64,000 nt of DNA from Gekko japonicus (GCF_001447785.1 NW_015162475.1:744764-808763); one strand, 5' to 3'. Numbered from the stretch's first letter, positions 24,153 through 36,810 are shown. Numbers and translations are program-made. The notes: generated by a model not told the origin, from the letters alone.

Positions 24153-25234
24153 CTAGATGTGTAAAGAAACAAACACATACATTTCACCAATAGAATATTC
24201 TCCAGGATGCCCCAACTTACAAATTCACTAGTTTATAACACTGTCATTCACCAGAACTTTAGCATGACCAGGTAAGCTATCCACTGGAGGAAACCTTGCA
24301 AGCCACCTTTGTCCTCCATCAGACTAGTTCCCTTCCTTATTAGCATTGCAATCTGTGAACAGCAATCATTGGAACTTTGTCCCAGCTATATGCAGAACCC
24401 AGCTGAGGGAACATCAATGAAGCTTAGGGCACAGTAGTGTTGGCATCCCCATCACATTTCCACACAGGGTTAAACTCATCTGTTATGTCACCCAAAAGCC
24501 AGATTGACAACAGGTCTCAGGCAGCGGCTTGCTCATCCCCTCCCTTCAAGGAAAATTTGAACCCAGAGTCTTCATGTCCCTAGGAGAATGAACCAATTAG
24601 AAAGCAGATTCTTGGGCCAAGAAGATTCTTAGCCACTTTAGTTCAGTTATTCACTTCTCCAGAACAGGAAATGGGCAAAGAGAAGGGGAAGTATAAGGCC
24701 TGCCCCTCTGCCCATCCTGGGTATAATTCATGGTTCCAAGTTAGAGCAAGCAGGCCACATTCACAAGGGCATTCACATGGTACATGAGAACAGTTATGGC
24801 AGAAAGGCATTTGATCCAAGCCTGCCCAAGACATTTTGGTGCTCAAGGGGAAGTATCCAGGAGAGTGCCTTCCTCACAGTAAAATAAACTGACAATTATA
24901 TCCTTTAGCAGAGCGCTTCTGTGCATCTGAAGAAGCAAGCATACATTCACACAAGCACTTATGCCAAAATAAGTTTTAGTCTTCGAGATTCTGCTGGTCT
25001 CCTGAGTTGATGAAGTCTTTTGTGTCACTACCTGCATGTTTCTGGCAGTCTCACACACTGAAGTTCTGCTACTAACATGGTTGACCAAGAGGATCTCTAC
25101 TAAAAGACAAACTAACCCTAGTTTGGTAGCTAAAGCTACAGGGATGTCTGTATAAACATACTATATTAGATTAACATTAACCAGCTACAAAGAAACTTTG
25201 GACATTAACTCCTAACATGGAAGTTAGCACAAGA

Positions 25235-25575
25235 TGGGCAGCCATATTAGTTCATCTGTGGCAGTAGAAAAAGAGCAAGAGTCCAGTAGCACCTTAAAGA
25301 CTAGCACAATTTGTGGCAGGGTAGGACCTTTTGTGAGTCACTGCTCATTTCTTCAGAAACAGCTAGAATGCAAGCCCCTCTGTCCTTATATCATGGAAAG
25401 TGTTTCTTGGAGTGCCTGCTATTGTCATTCGGAATCTGAAGCCACTCCACTCTCCAAAATATAGGACAGATGGACTCACATTCCTGTATCTGAAGAAGTG
25501 AGCAGTGACTCACAGAAGCTCGCACCCTGCCACAAATTGTGCTAGTCTTTAAGGTGCTACTGGACTCTTGTTCTT
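25235..25575. mobile_element. Penelope-like inverted-repeat remnant
   Basis: caagagtccagtagcaccttaaagactagc ... gctagtctttaaggtgctactggactcttg. Related pieces at ~38030-38190 and ~1740-1880. Confidence 0.5.
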
Positions 25576-25704
25576 CCCTAATGAAAGTCAGCAGAAAGCT
25601 TAAAGCTCCAGAACAGATTCCAGGGGTTTTAGCAGCAGCAGTCTATGTCATTTGCTCAAGCTACACATTCCCTCCTCCCCTCAGTCATTTGCAACTTGCC
25701 TTAC

Positions 25705-25849
25705 CTGTGGCAGGAACACCATATGGGTTGTATACAGGGCCAAGGAAGCATGGATTCGGGAACATTTGCTGTGCAGTCGGTTGAGCGTAAAAAAAGGGCT
25801 TTTGGTTTGTGGGATAGGGTCCACTTTCTGAGGCAGGAGCAGCATTCAT
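25705..25849 (-). CDS. velo1: Bucky ball/Velo1 ortholog, first coding exon (BUVE N-terminus)
   Basis: tttctag|gctagaagATG, then MNAAPASESGPYPTNQKPFFYAQPTAQQMFPNPCFLGPVYNPYGVPAT-G|gtaagg. PFFYAQP is the Buc/Velo signature. Phase 1 joins exon 2 in frame. Confidence 0.92.
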
Positions 25850-27085
25850 CTTCTAGCCTAGAAACAGACAAGCAGCTAATATCATACTCGTAATATCCTT
25901 CTCGTAACCATATTCTGCCTCAGGGAGTCAAAGATGCCGCAAACCCAGACAGACTATGGAGGAGCAAACTTATTTAGGTATTTCTCCTTGTAGCAAAAGA
26001 AGCCTAGGAATATCCCTCAGTCCGTGTCAAACACACACCATGCATGTGGGATCAGATCCCAGGCTCTTGCATTTATTTATATGTTATACAGCTTGGATCT
26101 AGAGGTCCTAACTTCAGCCAATGGCAGCCATTTCACAGTATCTACACCCAGTTCTTCCTCTCAAGACATCTTCTCTTCCAAACATTAGCTTTTGATTAGC
26201 AGTATGAGCCATGCGTACGCGCTTTATCACATCCAGCAATATGGCTGCCAACCTCCAGGTAGCAGCTGGAGATCTCCTGCTATTACAATTGATCTCCAGA
26301 TGACCAAGGTAAGTTCCCCCAGATAAAATGGCTGCTTTGGAGGATGGATTCTAAGGCATTATATCCTGCTGAGATCCCTCCCCACACCCTGCCCTCTCCG
26401 GACTCCACCCCCCAAATCTCCAGGTATTTCCCAACCCAGAGCTGGCAACTCTAACCACTAACTATTTTTCTCAATAAGATCCAAAGTGACAAAGTCCTTC
26501 ACAGGTCTATGAGAAAACACACTCTCCATTTCTTTTCCTCCATTTGGGACAACGGTGCTGCCAACAGTGCTCTTAGAAGGCCAGTTCCTGCAATGCTCAG
26601 AGAAAAACCAAATCATTTGTTGTGTTTGTAGGATTACCAATCTACAGATGAGGCCTAGAGTTCTGGATGTTTAACTCACCTCCAGACTACAGAGACCAGT
26701 TCTCCTGAGAAAAATGGCAGCTTGGGAGAGCAAAGGTTACCAACCTCCAGGTGCGGCCTGGTAACCGCCCAGAATTATAACTGATTGCCAGACAACAGAG
26801 ATCAGTTCCCCAGGAGAAAATGGCTGCTTTGGAGGACTTCCGAGCGCCTCCCTTCCCAAACTCCTCCATCTCCAGGCTACAACTCCAAACCATCTCCAGG
26901 GATTTCCTAACCCACAGTTGGCAACCCTAGCTGACTCCATGGCATCAGCCCTCCACTGAGCTCCTGTCTCTCCCCAGACACCATGCCCACAATCTCTGGA
27001 AATCACCAAAGCTTCAGGTGTCAATCCACACTGTCCACCTAGCAGATGTTCCTCATGACAGATTTTAAGAATTTGTATTCAGGAC

Positions 27086-27292
27086 CACTGTTCCCTCTAA
27101 GCTGAGTTAGTGTGAGTTAGCTCACAGTTTTTTAGCCTCTGGCTCACACATTTTTCTCTTAGCTCAGGAAAGATGTCTCCAGAGCAAAACTAACGTATGC
27201 AGTAGCCAAATCGCTCACTCACAACTTTAATGCCAGTAGTTCACAAAGTAGAATTTTTGCTCACAAGACTCCACACCTTAGAGAGAACATTG
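27086..27292 (-). mobile_element. hAT-type MITE, family A
   Basis: Reverse copy of 8014-8219 with a perfect TSD TTCAGGAC. Confidence 0.9.
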
Positions 27293-27799
27293 TTCAGGAC
27301 CCTCATTACACTAAGGCTGTTATGCCATAAGCTCTCTAGTCATATTGAACAGACAGAAACATGAAGCACATACACCAGCTATGCCAACCTGGTGAGTTCT
27401 ATTTTGCAGAACAGCAACTACAGCTGCATTAGTAGCAGGGAATAATAGAAAACCTCAAAACAGAACCCCCAGAAGAACTATCTGACACAGGGTTACCAAC
27501 TTTTGAACTGGTCCCTGTGGCTGTCCCTTGAGGGGGGGGAAATGTCCCGCCCCCTTAAGAGAGGTTTAATGGAATGTTACCTGGTGACCTCCATGCCATG
27601 AAAAGCTGCAGCTGTACATTTTCACACCTTAAGCTTTTATTAAAGGGGCAGAGTGCTTCCCCCCTTCCAGGTTGTTGGCAGCCCAACCCACAACAAGCAC
27701 CGGGTGATGTGATGGACCTTCTTGCCATGCTGAGCGTCCCCTACTCATTGTCACATATTAAGCCTCCGTTAAACATCATCGTTGGAGTCCTCGCTACTT

Positions 27800-28017
27800 A
27801 ATAAAGCCGGCTGTCGAATTGGGATTACTGCCCGTCTTGGGGATCTATATATAGGATAACACCAAAGCACCTTAAATATTGTCTATGGGATTTTATTGTG
27901 GATGTTTAATGCTGTTTTATTGTATTTTATCTATTTAACCTGGCACTAGCCGTATGTTAGCCACCCTGAGCCGTTTGGAAGGGGGGGATATAAATCCAAA
28001 AATAAATAAAAAATAAA
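27800..28017 (+). mobile_element. L2 LINE 3' tail
   Basis: Homologous to 42259-42400; ends tgttagccaccctgagcc...aataaataaa. Confidence 0.65.
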
Positions 28018-31000
28018 GGGAAGGGCGTTTTTGTCCTGACCAGTTGGCAACCCTACTCTTAACACTTGTTCCAATGCATGCTTACTTAGAAGTAAAGAAG
28101 AATCCAATACACCATAGAGCCAGTTCATCTGTTCGCTTTCAATCCTATATAGCCAGCTCTAAACAGACCAAAGTTAGTACAGCACAGACTACACACCCTT
28201 ATGGCTTATTTATTCCACCCACTTTAACTAAAATCCGACCACCAAGTTCCCTAGAACTTCATTATCATTATTAGTCATCCCCACCCACCAAACCTACAAG
28301 TAAAATGATTATTTGTTAAGCTTTATTAAGACAGTTGTGCACTAAGATACATGCCTAAGGGTACAGAAAACAAGGGGAGAGAAAGGGAAAGCTACCCAGT
28401 GAAACAGGAATGTAAGCCTACCTACCTCTTCTGGAACCGGGTAGTCAAGCAATGAAGAGCCCTTTTAACACACAACTGTTCTCACTTAAGAAAGCCAAAC
28501 TCCAAGCATATGCTATTTAAATCCTCCCCTACTTCCCCTATTTTCCACACCTTCTCATAGACCAGACGTCTCCCTGCCTTCTAGCTACTTTTAACTCTTA
28601 AACCCTATATTAAACCGAATGTCCCTTCAGCTGATACACCCAAAGGCAGCCCAGCAAAAACCTAATTTAACATACCTCTCATCTTTTTTTTTTTAAGAGG
28701 CGCAGTCCCCCTCACCCCCAATCTCTCCCTAAACACCTGTACCCAATTTAATGCTCATGTAAGAGCATTTCCTATAAAACCACCTCCAGCTACCAATATA
28801 ACAACTGTAATCCAATACTGTGCTAGATACCCTCACTCAAGGCCATTAAGGTGTGTGTAAATCGTTCCCTGGGCTATTTATATTCAAGCTTGCAACAGAT
28901 AACACAGAGCCTGCTGCCAGTTAAAGTTTTGATCCTGCAAATACTTAGCACCTTCCTGTAATCGCTGCCAGCACCAGCAAGCCTCTTTTGCTTGCCAGTT
29001 CCCAGCTCAGTTTCAGTGCCACAACTCAAGCTAGCCTCTCCGATGAGCAACTTTGGGGTTTAAAGCCTAAATATGCATAAGATAGAGGGGGGAGGGCTAT
29101 ATATTCTCTTTCTTTTAGAAGCCTGGCGTATGGACTAGGGTGTGGGATTCAGATCTGACAGCCTCAGGTTTCAATCCTCACTCAGACATAAAAACTCACT
29201 GAGTGACTTTGGGCTAGTCCCTCTCCACCTAATCAACCTTACAAGGTTAGCTTAAGGATACAACAGAGAAGCAGAGAATGATGGACATTGCCTTGAACTA
29301 CTAGAACGGTGAGACTGTGATACAAAACGTACACGATTTGTTTCCTGTGTGAAACAGGACATCCAGTGGCAAATGATCGCTATAGTGCATTGAGAGTGCA
29401 TGATCTATATTGTGTGAAAACTGCTAAAAATATCAGCTCTGCTTAGGACTGCACTGTCAGTCTTCTCACAGTTCTAAATTTCAGCTATGACAATATCACT
29501 CCTGGTCAGCAACCCCTTCTTTCAACTACAGGATTCTCCAGTTTAAGTGTCATTTGCCTATAACATTCCATAGACAATTCCTACAGTTCAACATTTTCTG
29601 TTGACACCTTTCCAACTCCCCGAACAGCTGATGCTCAGTTCAATGGCAATTAAATCCAATTTACAATGCGATCCTAAACAGTTACTCCAAGCTAAGCCCA
29701 CTGCACAGGTTTAGTTTAGGCTAACTCTGTCTAGGACTGCACTGTTAATGTTTTAGACTTACAGTTTTATAGTATTCGGTGATGTACCCTAATTCCATCT
29801 ATTTAAATGTGGCAGGGTTCTAGGATCCAAGAGGGTGCTTCCTAAGGAGCAAGATTTCCACCTGCAAAAGTGTGCCTTACTCTCCCACTCCCACATTGCA
29901 GCCCTCAATACTCCCCTGTGCCATGCTGCTCCAGGACCACCATGGGGGGGATATTTGGGGCTGGGGGAGGGTGAGAAAGTTGTGCTCTGTGGACAAAAAT
30001 CCTTCTGCCTGCAGAAACACCTGTTTGGATCCTAGCCCTAGGTTTCAGCTCTAGCTCCTAGTTTGTGTATATCTGGTGGCTAGCCTCTGATGTACTTAAC
30101 AGATCCCTTTAAAAAAAAGGCAAACCTTTAACCCATTCCAAAAATTATTTGGAAGATAAGTAGTGGAGAGAAAGGGTACATAACTCATTTAACCCAATTT
30201 GGAACTTGCAAGGAAGATGATCTGGAACAGAGAAATGGTGGACTTCTCCTTTCCTGGGTCCAACGATCCCAAAGCTGCTCTTCATTCCATATGTCTGAAC
30301 TGAATGTGTAATTACCATTTAAAGCTACTGTCCGAAACACCAAGTAGTAGCAGCTACATGGATATGCATAGTCATTGGAAGCTATAAATCCAGTTCTTTG
30401 AGAAAACGATGTTTGTGATTGGAAAGAACATACTTGATGCCACGCAAATTATATCAAATATACTTATTTACTTCACTTTATATCCCCACGGGGGACCAAG
30501 TGTGGTTTACATTGTTCTCCCGTTCTCCATTTTATCTTCACAACGACCCTGTGAGGTAGGTTACGCTGAGAGTGTGTGACTGGCTGAAGGCCAGCAAGCA
30601 AGCAAGCAAAGTGGGGATTTGAACCTGGGCCTCCCAACTCCTAGCCCAGCACTCTAATTACCGTGTAGACAGGTGATCTTCTCCGTGCAGGAAATGTTTC
30701 TGTGAGAACCCCTCCACCCATAGGGGCTGGCCAGGCAGCTCTGACCATCAGGCCAGGGTTTCTCAGTAGTTCCCCCACTTAGGTGAGGAAGAACTGTTGC
30801 CACTTAGGGTCGCCCTTTGTCTGTGTCTGTACCTGTGCTGTGAAAAGGATGTGAGGAAGGCACCAACCAAACCCTCAAAGGTTTCAGAAGCTCTGCAAAA
30901 TACAACTCCTGTGTTGGGGCCTTCAACCATCCGTGAATGAAGGTTGTGGACTTGCTTTTTTGATCTGTATGTTCTCCACACTTGTAGAGTAATCCTAAAC

Positions 31001-31577
31001 AGGTATCCTCAGAAGTAAGCCCCATTCATAGAGCTTACTCCCAGAAAATAATTATTAGCACTGCAACCATAAGAATGTACCATTAAACTTTTGGAGCCCT
31101 GAGAGTTTGCCTTTAGATTTTTGTGTAAATCTGCAAGCAAGCAAGGGTTGCCAACTCCAGGTTGGGAAATTCCTGGGGGTGGAGCCTTGGGGTGTGGGGT
31201 TTAGGGAGCCTTGGGAGTGTGGGGTTTAGGGAGGAACCTTAGCAGGGTATAATGCCATACAATCCACTCTTCAAAGGAGACATTTTTGCCAGGGGAATGG
31301 ATCTATGGAGATCAGTTGAAATTCTGGTAGCTCTCTCCACCTGGAGGCTGGCAACCTCATGCTTTTGCCCGTTGTTCTAGTCATAGTTTTCAGCCTTGAG
31401 AAGAATAACATATGAACCAATGGCCTGGTGCCCAGAATAAATCCTATAACAAATGGAACAGAGTTTGCAACAATTATTCTTTGGAACACTCAGAAGGGGT
31501 CTTATATCATACCTTCAGGGAAAACAAATTAGATAGTCTAATAGAGTAATGTGAGGCTCAACTCATTGTCTCTATAT

Positions 31578-31924
31578 AAGGTAAAGGTTCCGTTGCTTGA
31601 AAGCCAGTCGAATCCGACTCTAGGGCTGCGGTGCTCATCTCTGTTTCCAAGCCGAAGAGCCAGCGCTGTCCGAAGACGTTTCCGTGGTCATGTGGCCGGC
31701 ATGACTAAACACCAAGGCGCACGGAACGCTGTTACCTTCCCACCAAAGTGGTACCTATTTATCTACTTGCAATCTCTTGCTTTTGAACTGCTAGGGTGGC
31801 AGGAGCTGGAACTAGAGACGGGAGCTCTCTCCGTCATGCGGCAACCCGGGTCTCGAACTGCTGAACTACTGACCTTCCACAGCCTGCAGTTCAGCATCTT
31901 AACCACTTGAGCCACCGCAGCTCA
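31578..31924 (-). mobile_element. Sauria SINE
   Basis: Reverse complement of the 7049 and 11186 copies. Confidence 0.9.
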
Positions 31925-32003
31925 ATATATAAGATATATAAGATAGCCACACCCTAAAATCTCCAAATCTCTCAAATCTGAGTAGTTATGAGACTATCTA
32001 AAC

Positions 32004-32184
32004 CACAGGTGTCAAACACATTTGTTACAAGGGCCAGATCTGACATGACGTCACTTTGTCGGGCTGGGCTGTGTGTGCCACAAAATGTAATGTCAGATAG
32101 AGGAGCTATAAACTTTATACAGGACACAAGCAAACCTGTGGGCCAGATAGGAGCCCTGGAAGGGCCGTATGTTTGACACCCCTG
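32004..32184. mobile_element. hAT (Charlie-like) MITE
   Basis: Ends cacaggtgtcaaac / gtttgacacccctg, TSD ATCTAAAC; related to 42473-42899. Confidence 0.8.
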
Positions 32185-32387
32185 ATCTAAACTTTACTGG
32201 AAAGGATTGGTAAGAATTTTAGAAACTGCATTTCATTTTTAAATGCAGCCAAGGAAGGAGAATGGATGACATGTATGCTTTTCCTCATTTACCTGTAGTT
32301 ATGATTTTTGTTTATTTAATCTGTACGAGGCTACTAGAACACTGAGGGATCCGTAGGCTGGGATATGTTTTTACCTGCTGGCGGCGG

Positions 32388-32615
32388 AAAGTGCTTTCAA
32401 GTCACAGCTGACTTATGGCAACCCCTGGTGGGGTTTTCAAGGCAAGAGACAGTTCAGAGGTGGTTTGCCATTGCCTGCCTCCACCTCATGGCCCTGGTAT
32501 TCCTTGGAGGTCTCCCATCCAAATATTAGCCAGGGCCAGCCCTGTTAAGCTTCCGAGATCTGACATCATCGGGCTAGGCTGGGCTATCCAGGTCAAGGCT
32601 TTCAGGGCTGGCCCC
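32388..32615 (-). mobile_element. 5S-Sauria SINE (5S rRNA head + BovB/RTE-type tail)
   Basis: The minus strand reads tcagatctcggaagcttaacagggctggccctggctaatatttggatgggagacc (5S internal promoter region), followed by ggcaaaccacc...gggttgccataagtcagctgtgacttga. Confidence 0.8.
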
Positions 32616-32622
32616 AGCTTTT

Positions 32623-33289
32623 TTTGCACACTAGGTGAGGATGCCTTCTGGCGCCCCCCCCCTTCCCCGGTGCGCCCACCAATTTTCAAACATAAATGAT
32701 CAAATTAAAAAAAATTACTTAAAGATCAGGAAAGATGAAAACTGGGTGACCTAGGGCCAGTCACGGTTCTGTCAGAGCAGTTCTCTCAGAGGTCTCTCTG
32801 TCCCAGCTGGATTGTAAGGTGCTCTGAGACTCACCCCAAGGCATTTGCCTGCCCTGAAAAAGCTCCATAGAGTTTCTGTTTGCTCCATTGGGAAAGCAAT
32901 GTGTGCAGAGGGGCTGCAAGTGTGCTCCCTTAATGGGATAAATGGCAGGTACTCCAGGCCATTTAAGGTCAGTAAAATAGTGCAGCCCTCCTGTCTTTGC
33001 TAGCCATGGTTCCCATCTGAATTGCACCCATGCAGAATGTCAGCTATGCTGCCATAGCAGGTGGGGTGGTGGTGGATGAGAGTCAAGGATGCTTCCTTCG
33101 TGTCTCTGGAATTTTGGGACACAGCTCCAAAGGAAAAAGGAGTATTCACCCAAGCCTTGTAACACAGCAAGCCATAGCCTTAACATTAGCTTTTGGCGGT
33201 GCGGGGGGGAGGGAGGCTCAGTTCCGCGCCCCCATGATGGCCCTGCCCTAGGTGAAAGTCTAGTTTGCCTAGTGAGTGGACCGGCCCTG
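32623..33289. mobile_element. hAT-like non-autonomous element
   Basis: Ends cagggctggccc / ggaccggccctg, TSD aaggcttt / agggcttt. Confidence 0.6.
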
Positions 33290-34819
33290 AGGGCTTTTTA
33301 TCCAGACCTCTTGTGTCAGAAGACTGGTACCTGTACAGAATAATCACGGAACAGACTGATCATTCTTTATACAGCCTTGTGGTTTAATGGTTAATACTTT
33401 GCTTTAAACCATGTAGATATCTGGTCTCCATGTGCCCAAGGTTGCCAACCTCCAGGTGTGTGTGTGTGGGGTATCTGGAGATCTCCTGGAATTAGAGCAG
33501 ATGAGAGAGATCAGTTTCCCCTGGAGAAAGTGGCAGCCTTGGAGGGTGGATTCTGTGGCATTATACCTTGCTGAGGGTCCTCTCCTCCACAAACCCTGCT
33601 TTCCTCAAGCTCCAAATCGGCTGCAATGTGACACAAAAACTTAAAAGACCAACCAGGTTTCTGAGATACAAGCTTTCAAGAGTCAAAGACCCCTTCATCA
33701 GATATGGTATACTCTGGAAACCTTGTTGAGAACTGGATACCAGAAAGAAGGTACACAAATTTTCTAGAAGTACTGTATAAATGAGAATAAATTTATCTGA
33801 TTTGGATGGACATTCCAGCATCCGATGAATGCTTATGTTGGAATAAATGTCCTTAAGGTCTCCTGCCATATGGTCGCCAACTCTGGGTTGCAGAATTCCT
33901 GTATTTTTAAGGGTACAGCCTGGAGACAATGGGGTCTGGGGACCTCAGTAGGGTATAATGCCATAGAGGCCACCCTCTAAAGCTACTATTTTGGCCAGGA
34001 GAACTGATCTCTTTTAGCCTGAAGATCAGTTGTGATTCCAGGAGATCTCCTCACTAGGAGGTTGCCAACTCTACCACCACAGGTACACCACAGTGACATG
34101 CCTGCCCAGCTGAACTCAGGGCTTGAGTCAGGCAGCTGGTAGGGTGTGACCTGGAGCTATTTTTCCCCTGTTCCACTTTGGATTTCATCCAGGAGGAAAC
34201 ACAAGAAGACCTCAGGGCACCTGTGGGTGCTACACGGAGAGTTGCTGCTGCAAGGGAAGTGATCCTTCTCAGATGTGGCTGAGCGAGAACAACAATCTCA
34301 CAACAGCTCATAAGGCACTTCCAGTACTAACTTTGGGCCAAGCAAATCGTCAAAGCAAGATATAAAGGGCATCCTTGTCTACAAGTAGCCGAGAGAGGGC
34401 AGGGCTAGAGCAACACTTCCGCATACAGAACGCGCAATGAAGGCTTTCAATTTAACTCAAACCTATAGGATAATGCAGAGTCGACACGTTAGTCTGTAGC
34501 AGGAAAAATAAACGACAGTCTCGTGGCGCCGTAATTTTATTGCGGCAAACGCCTTCCAGGACCACTACACCCCACTCAGAGATCTGATTCCGTCTCTAAT
34601 AGTTATTAGCAACGATGAGCCACATCCAACTCCGGTTCACGCTCAGAAGCTTCAAGCTGCCGTTACAGCCTTCGGCCAGCAAGGGGCGGAAGACACGGGA
34701 GGACTGAGATCACAGACTTCAGTTCCGCTCTGTCAAAAGGCCCACAGAGACTCAGATTGCCTTAACGTTGATCGCCACCTACGCACGGTAAGGAAGGAGT
34801 CGGGTCACCACCCCCCTCC

Positions 34820-35850
34820 CCCCGTGACGAGCCGAGACGCGCGTGCGCAAAAGCGGGGACGGGCGAGCGACTTTTTCAAAATACGGGAGGAGGGAGAACG
34901 GCGGTTGCACTGCACATGCGTACATCTCCCTCGGCCCGTCTACTCCCGCCTACGTTCGACGCCCTCGCTCGGAGCCTGCGCAGGAGTGGGACGGCAAGCG
35001 ACGGGCCTGCGCGTCGCGCGCTCTTTCTCCTTCTGCTCCTCAACGGACGCCGCGGGCGGGCGGAAAAAAGGAGGTGAGAGAACGCGCGCGGAGCCTCCGT
35101 GTATCCCTCCGCCGGGGCTCTTTCTTTGTACTCTTCCCTCATCCTTCGCGGCTGTTTCTCCGCTCCTGCGAGGCGGCGGCGAGGAGGGAAAGCGGTCGGG
35201 CGGCTTCCTCCTATGGTGGGTAGGCCTTACTCCCTTCGCGAGGGAAGAGATGGCGGCGGCAGCCCTCCCCGCCTCTCTCTCCGAAGGGGAGACGGCCGAG
35301 GGGGGGACCGGGGCGTCGCTGCGCCCCTGTGGGGAAGCGGAGGAGGAAGAGGGAAGCAGCCGGGCTGGGCTCCTCCGGCGGAGCGGCGGCGGCCGGCACC
35401 GGCTTCCCCGGAGTGTAATGGCGGGAGAGGGGAGGGGGCGCTGCTGTGTCGATTCTGCGCCGAGAGACCCTGACCCCGCGAGGCTGCCCTTCCTCTGGGC
35501 GGCGGCGGTTGCGGGCCCAGGGAGGGAGAGAGCGAGCGAGAGAGCGGCGCTTGCGGTGCCCCCCCCCCTTCCGGCCTGCGGACGGCGGTGGCCGAGGGAA
35601 GGGGCCGGGTGCTCGGAGGCCGCGCAGCCAGCCAGCCAACCAGCGCCCCCCCTCCCCGGTGCCGTAGTGCGGCTCAGTGCAGACGGGAGGTGCTCCTGAC
35701 GCTTCGCCAAAGCTCCAGCTCAGGTGAAGGTCTGCATTGCAGCCGCAGTCGGGGGGGGGGGCGAACTGCGTGGCAGGGCTGTTCTGGGTGTTCGTGTTGA
35801 GGCCGCTTGCCGGACTGGCATTAGGAAGCGTTCCCAGCAGCCGCGAAAAG
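34820..35850 (+). promoter_or_regulatory. KBTBD2: CpG island, promoter and non-coding first exon of KBTBD2
   Basis: About 1 kb CpG-dense, with an NRF1-like GCGCGTGCGCA (~34839) and a YY1-like AGATGGCGGC (~35248). It is the nearest CpG island upstream of KBTBD2 exon 2. The exact exon-1 donor is not resolved. Confidence 0.75.
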
Positions 35851-36344
35851 GGAACGAGATAAGATTACGGCAGGGTAGCCCCTAGGGATGATCCTGAGTG
35901 CCCCACAGGGAGGGGCGAGCAACTTCTTTTTATCCCCCTGGGAAGCTGGCTGCAGATGGAAAAGTCGTGGTAAGGTATCTTTCGTCGTGAGAAAAGCTTT
36001 TTGCCTGAGTGTAGTTTGTAGACCTGCCGTGGTCTGTTTTTGTTTGCTTGTTCTTTGACCACGAACGGCAGTGTTTCAGTGACAATGCGGATGAAATGTG
36101 GTGTTTGAGAATAGTCTCCAGATCACCTGCTGCCATCTGTTTTGTGTATGGCAGATGTAAATCTAGTTTTCTTCTTGAAGCAATACATACAATCGCCTTT
36201 GGATTGTAAAGGGAGGGTAGGGTTGAGCGTTTGGCATGCTGGTGTGTGGGAGAGAAATTATTACAACATTGGGGGTTTATCTCTCATTGCTTAGTATTTT
36301 AAAATTTGGCAGTATGAGCTTTTGTAGGTCTGCATAATGCTATT

Positions 36345-36810
36345 TATTTTATTTTACCAAACCTGTCCCCTGCTTTTTCTGCCTTTTTAAGGGCCATCAG
36401 GGTGGCTAACAAATTAAAAACAGACATAATTAAATCACATCTTTTAAGCCCACAAAAGCACATCATTAAAACAATTAAAGCCAACAAAAACACATCATTA
36501 AAAAAATTAAAAGCATAACTAAAATGAATGTACAAAAAACCAATAATTAAAATACTGGTCAGGAAGGAGGGATCACTGAGGGAAGGCCAAGCATAACAAA
36601 ACATAATGTCTCCACCTGCTGGCAGAAGGTGGCAACAGACAAGGAGATGGATGAATCTCCCCAGGGAGGGAGTTTCAGAGTATTGGTACCATAAGTGAGA
36701 AGGAGCAGGTTGCCCTGCTCCTGTTCTCATAAGATGGGAACACCTGACGCAGGGCCTCTGAAGATGACCACAGTGGTTGAGTAGATTCATAAGGGAGCAG
36801 GTGGTCCTAA
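36345..36810 (-). mobile_element. L2 LINE 3' fragment
   Basis: tttatttt tail and cagggtggctaaca end, with a degenerate L2 body. Confidence 0.55.

Noticed and set aside
32500-32615. 5S rRNA gene
   Set aside because: Diverged, partial and fused to a SINE tail.
34824-35710. Long overlapping ORFs of 291 aa (+) and 256 aa (-)
   Set aside because: Stop-codon depletion in a CpG island; low-complexity G/A/P/R translation with no recognisable domain.
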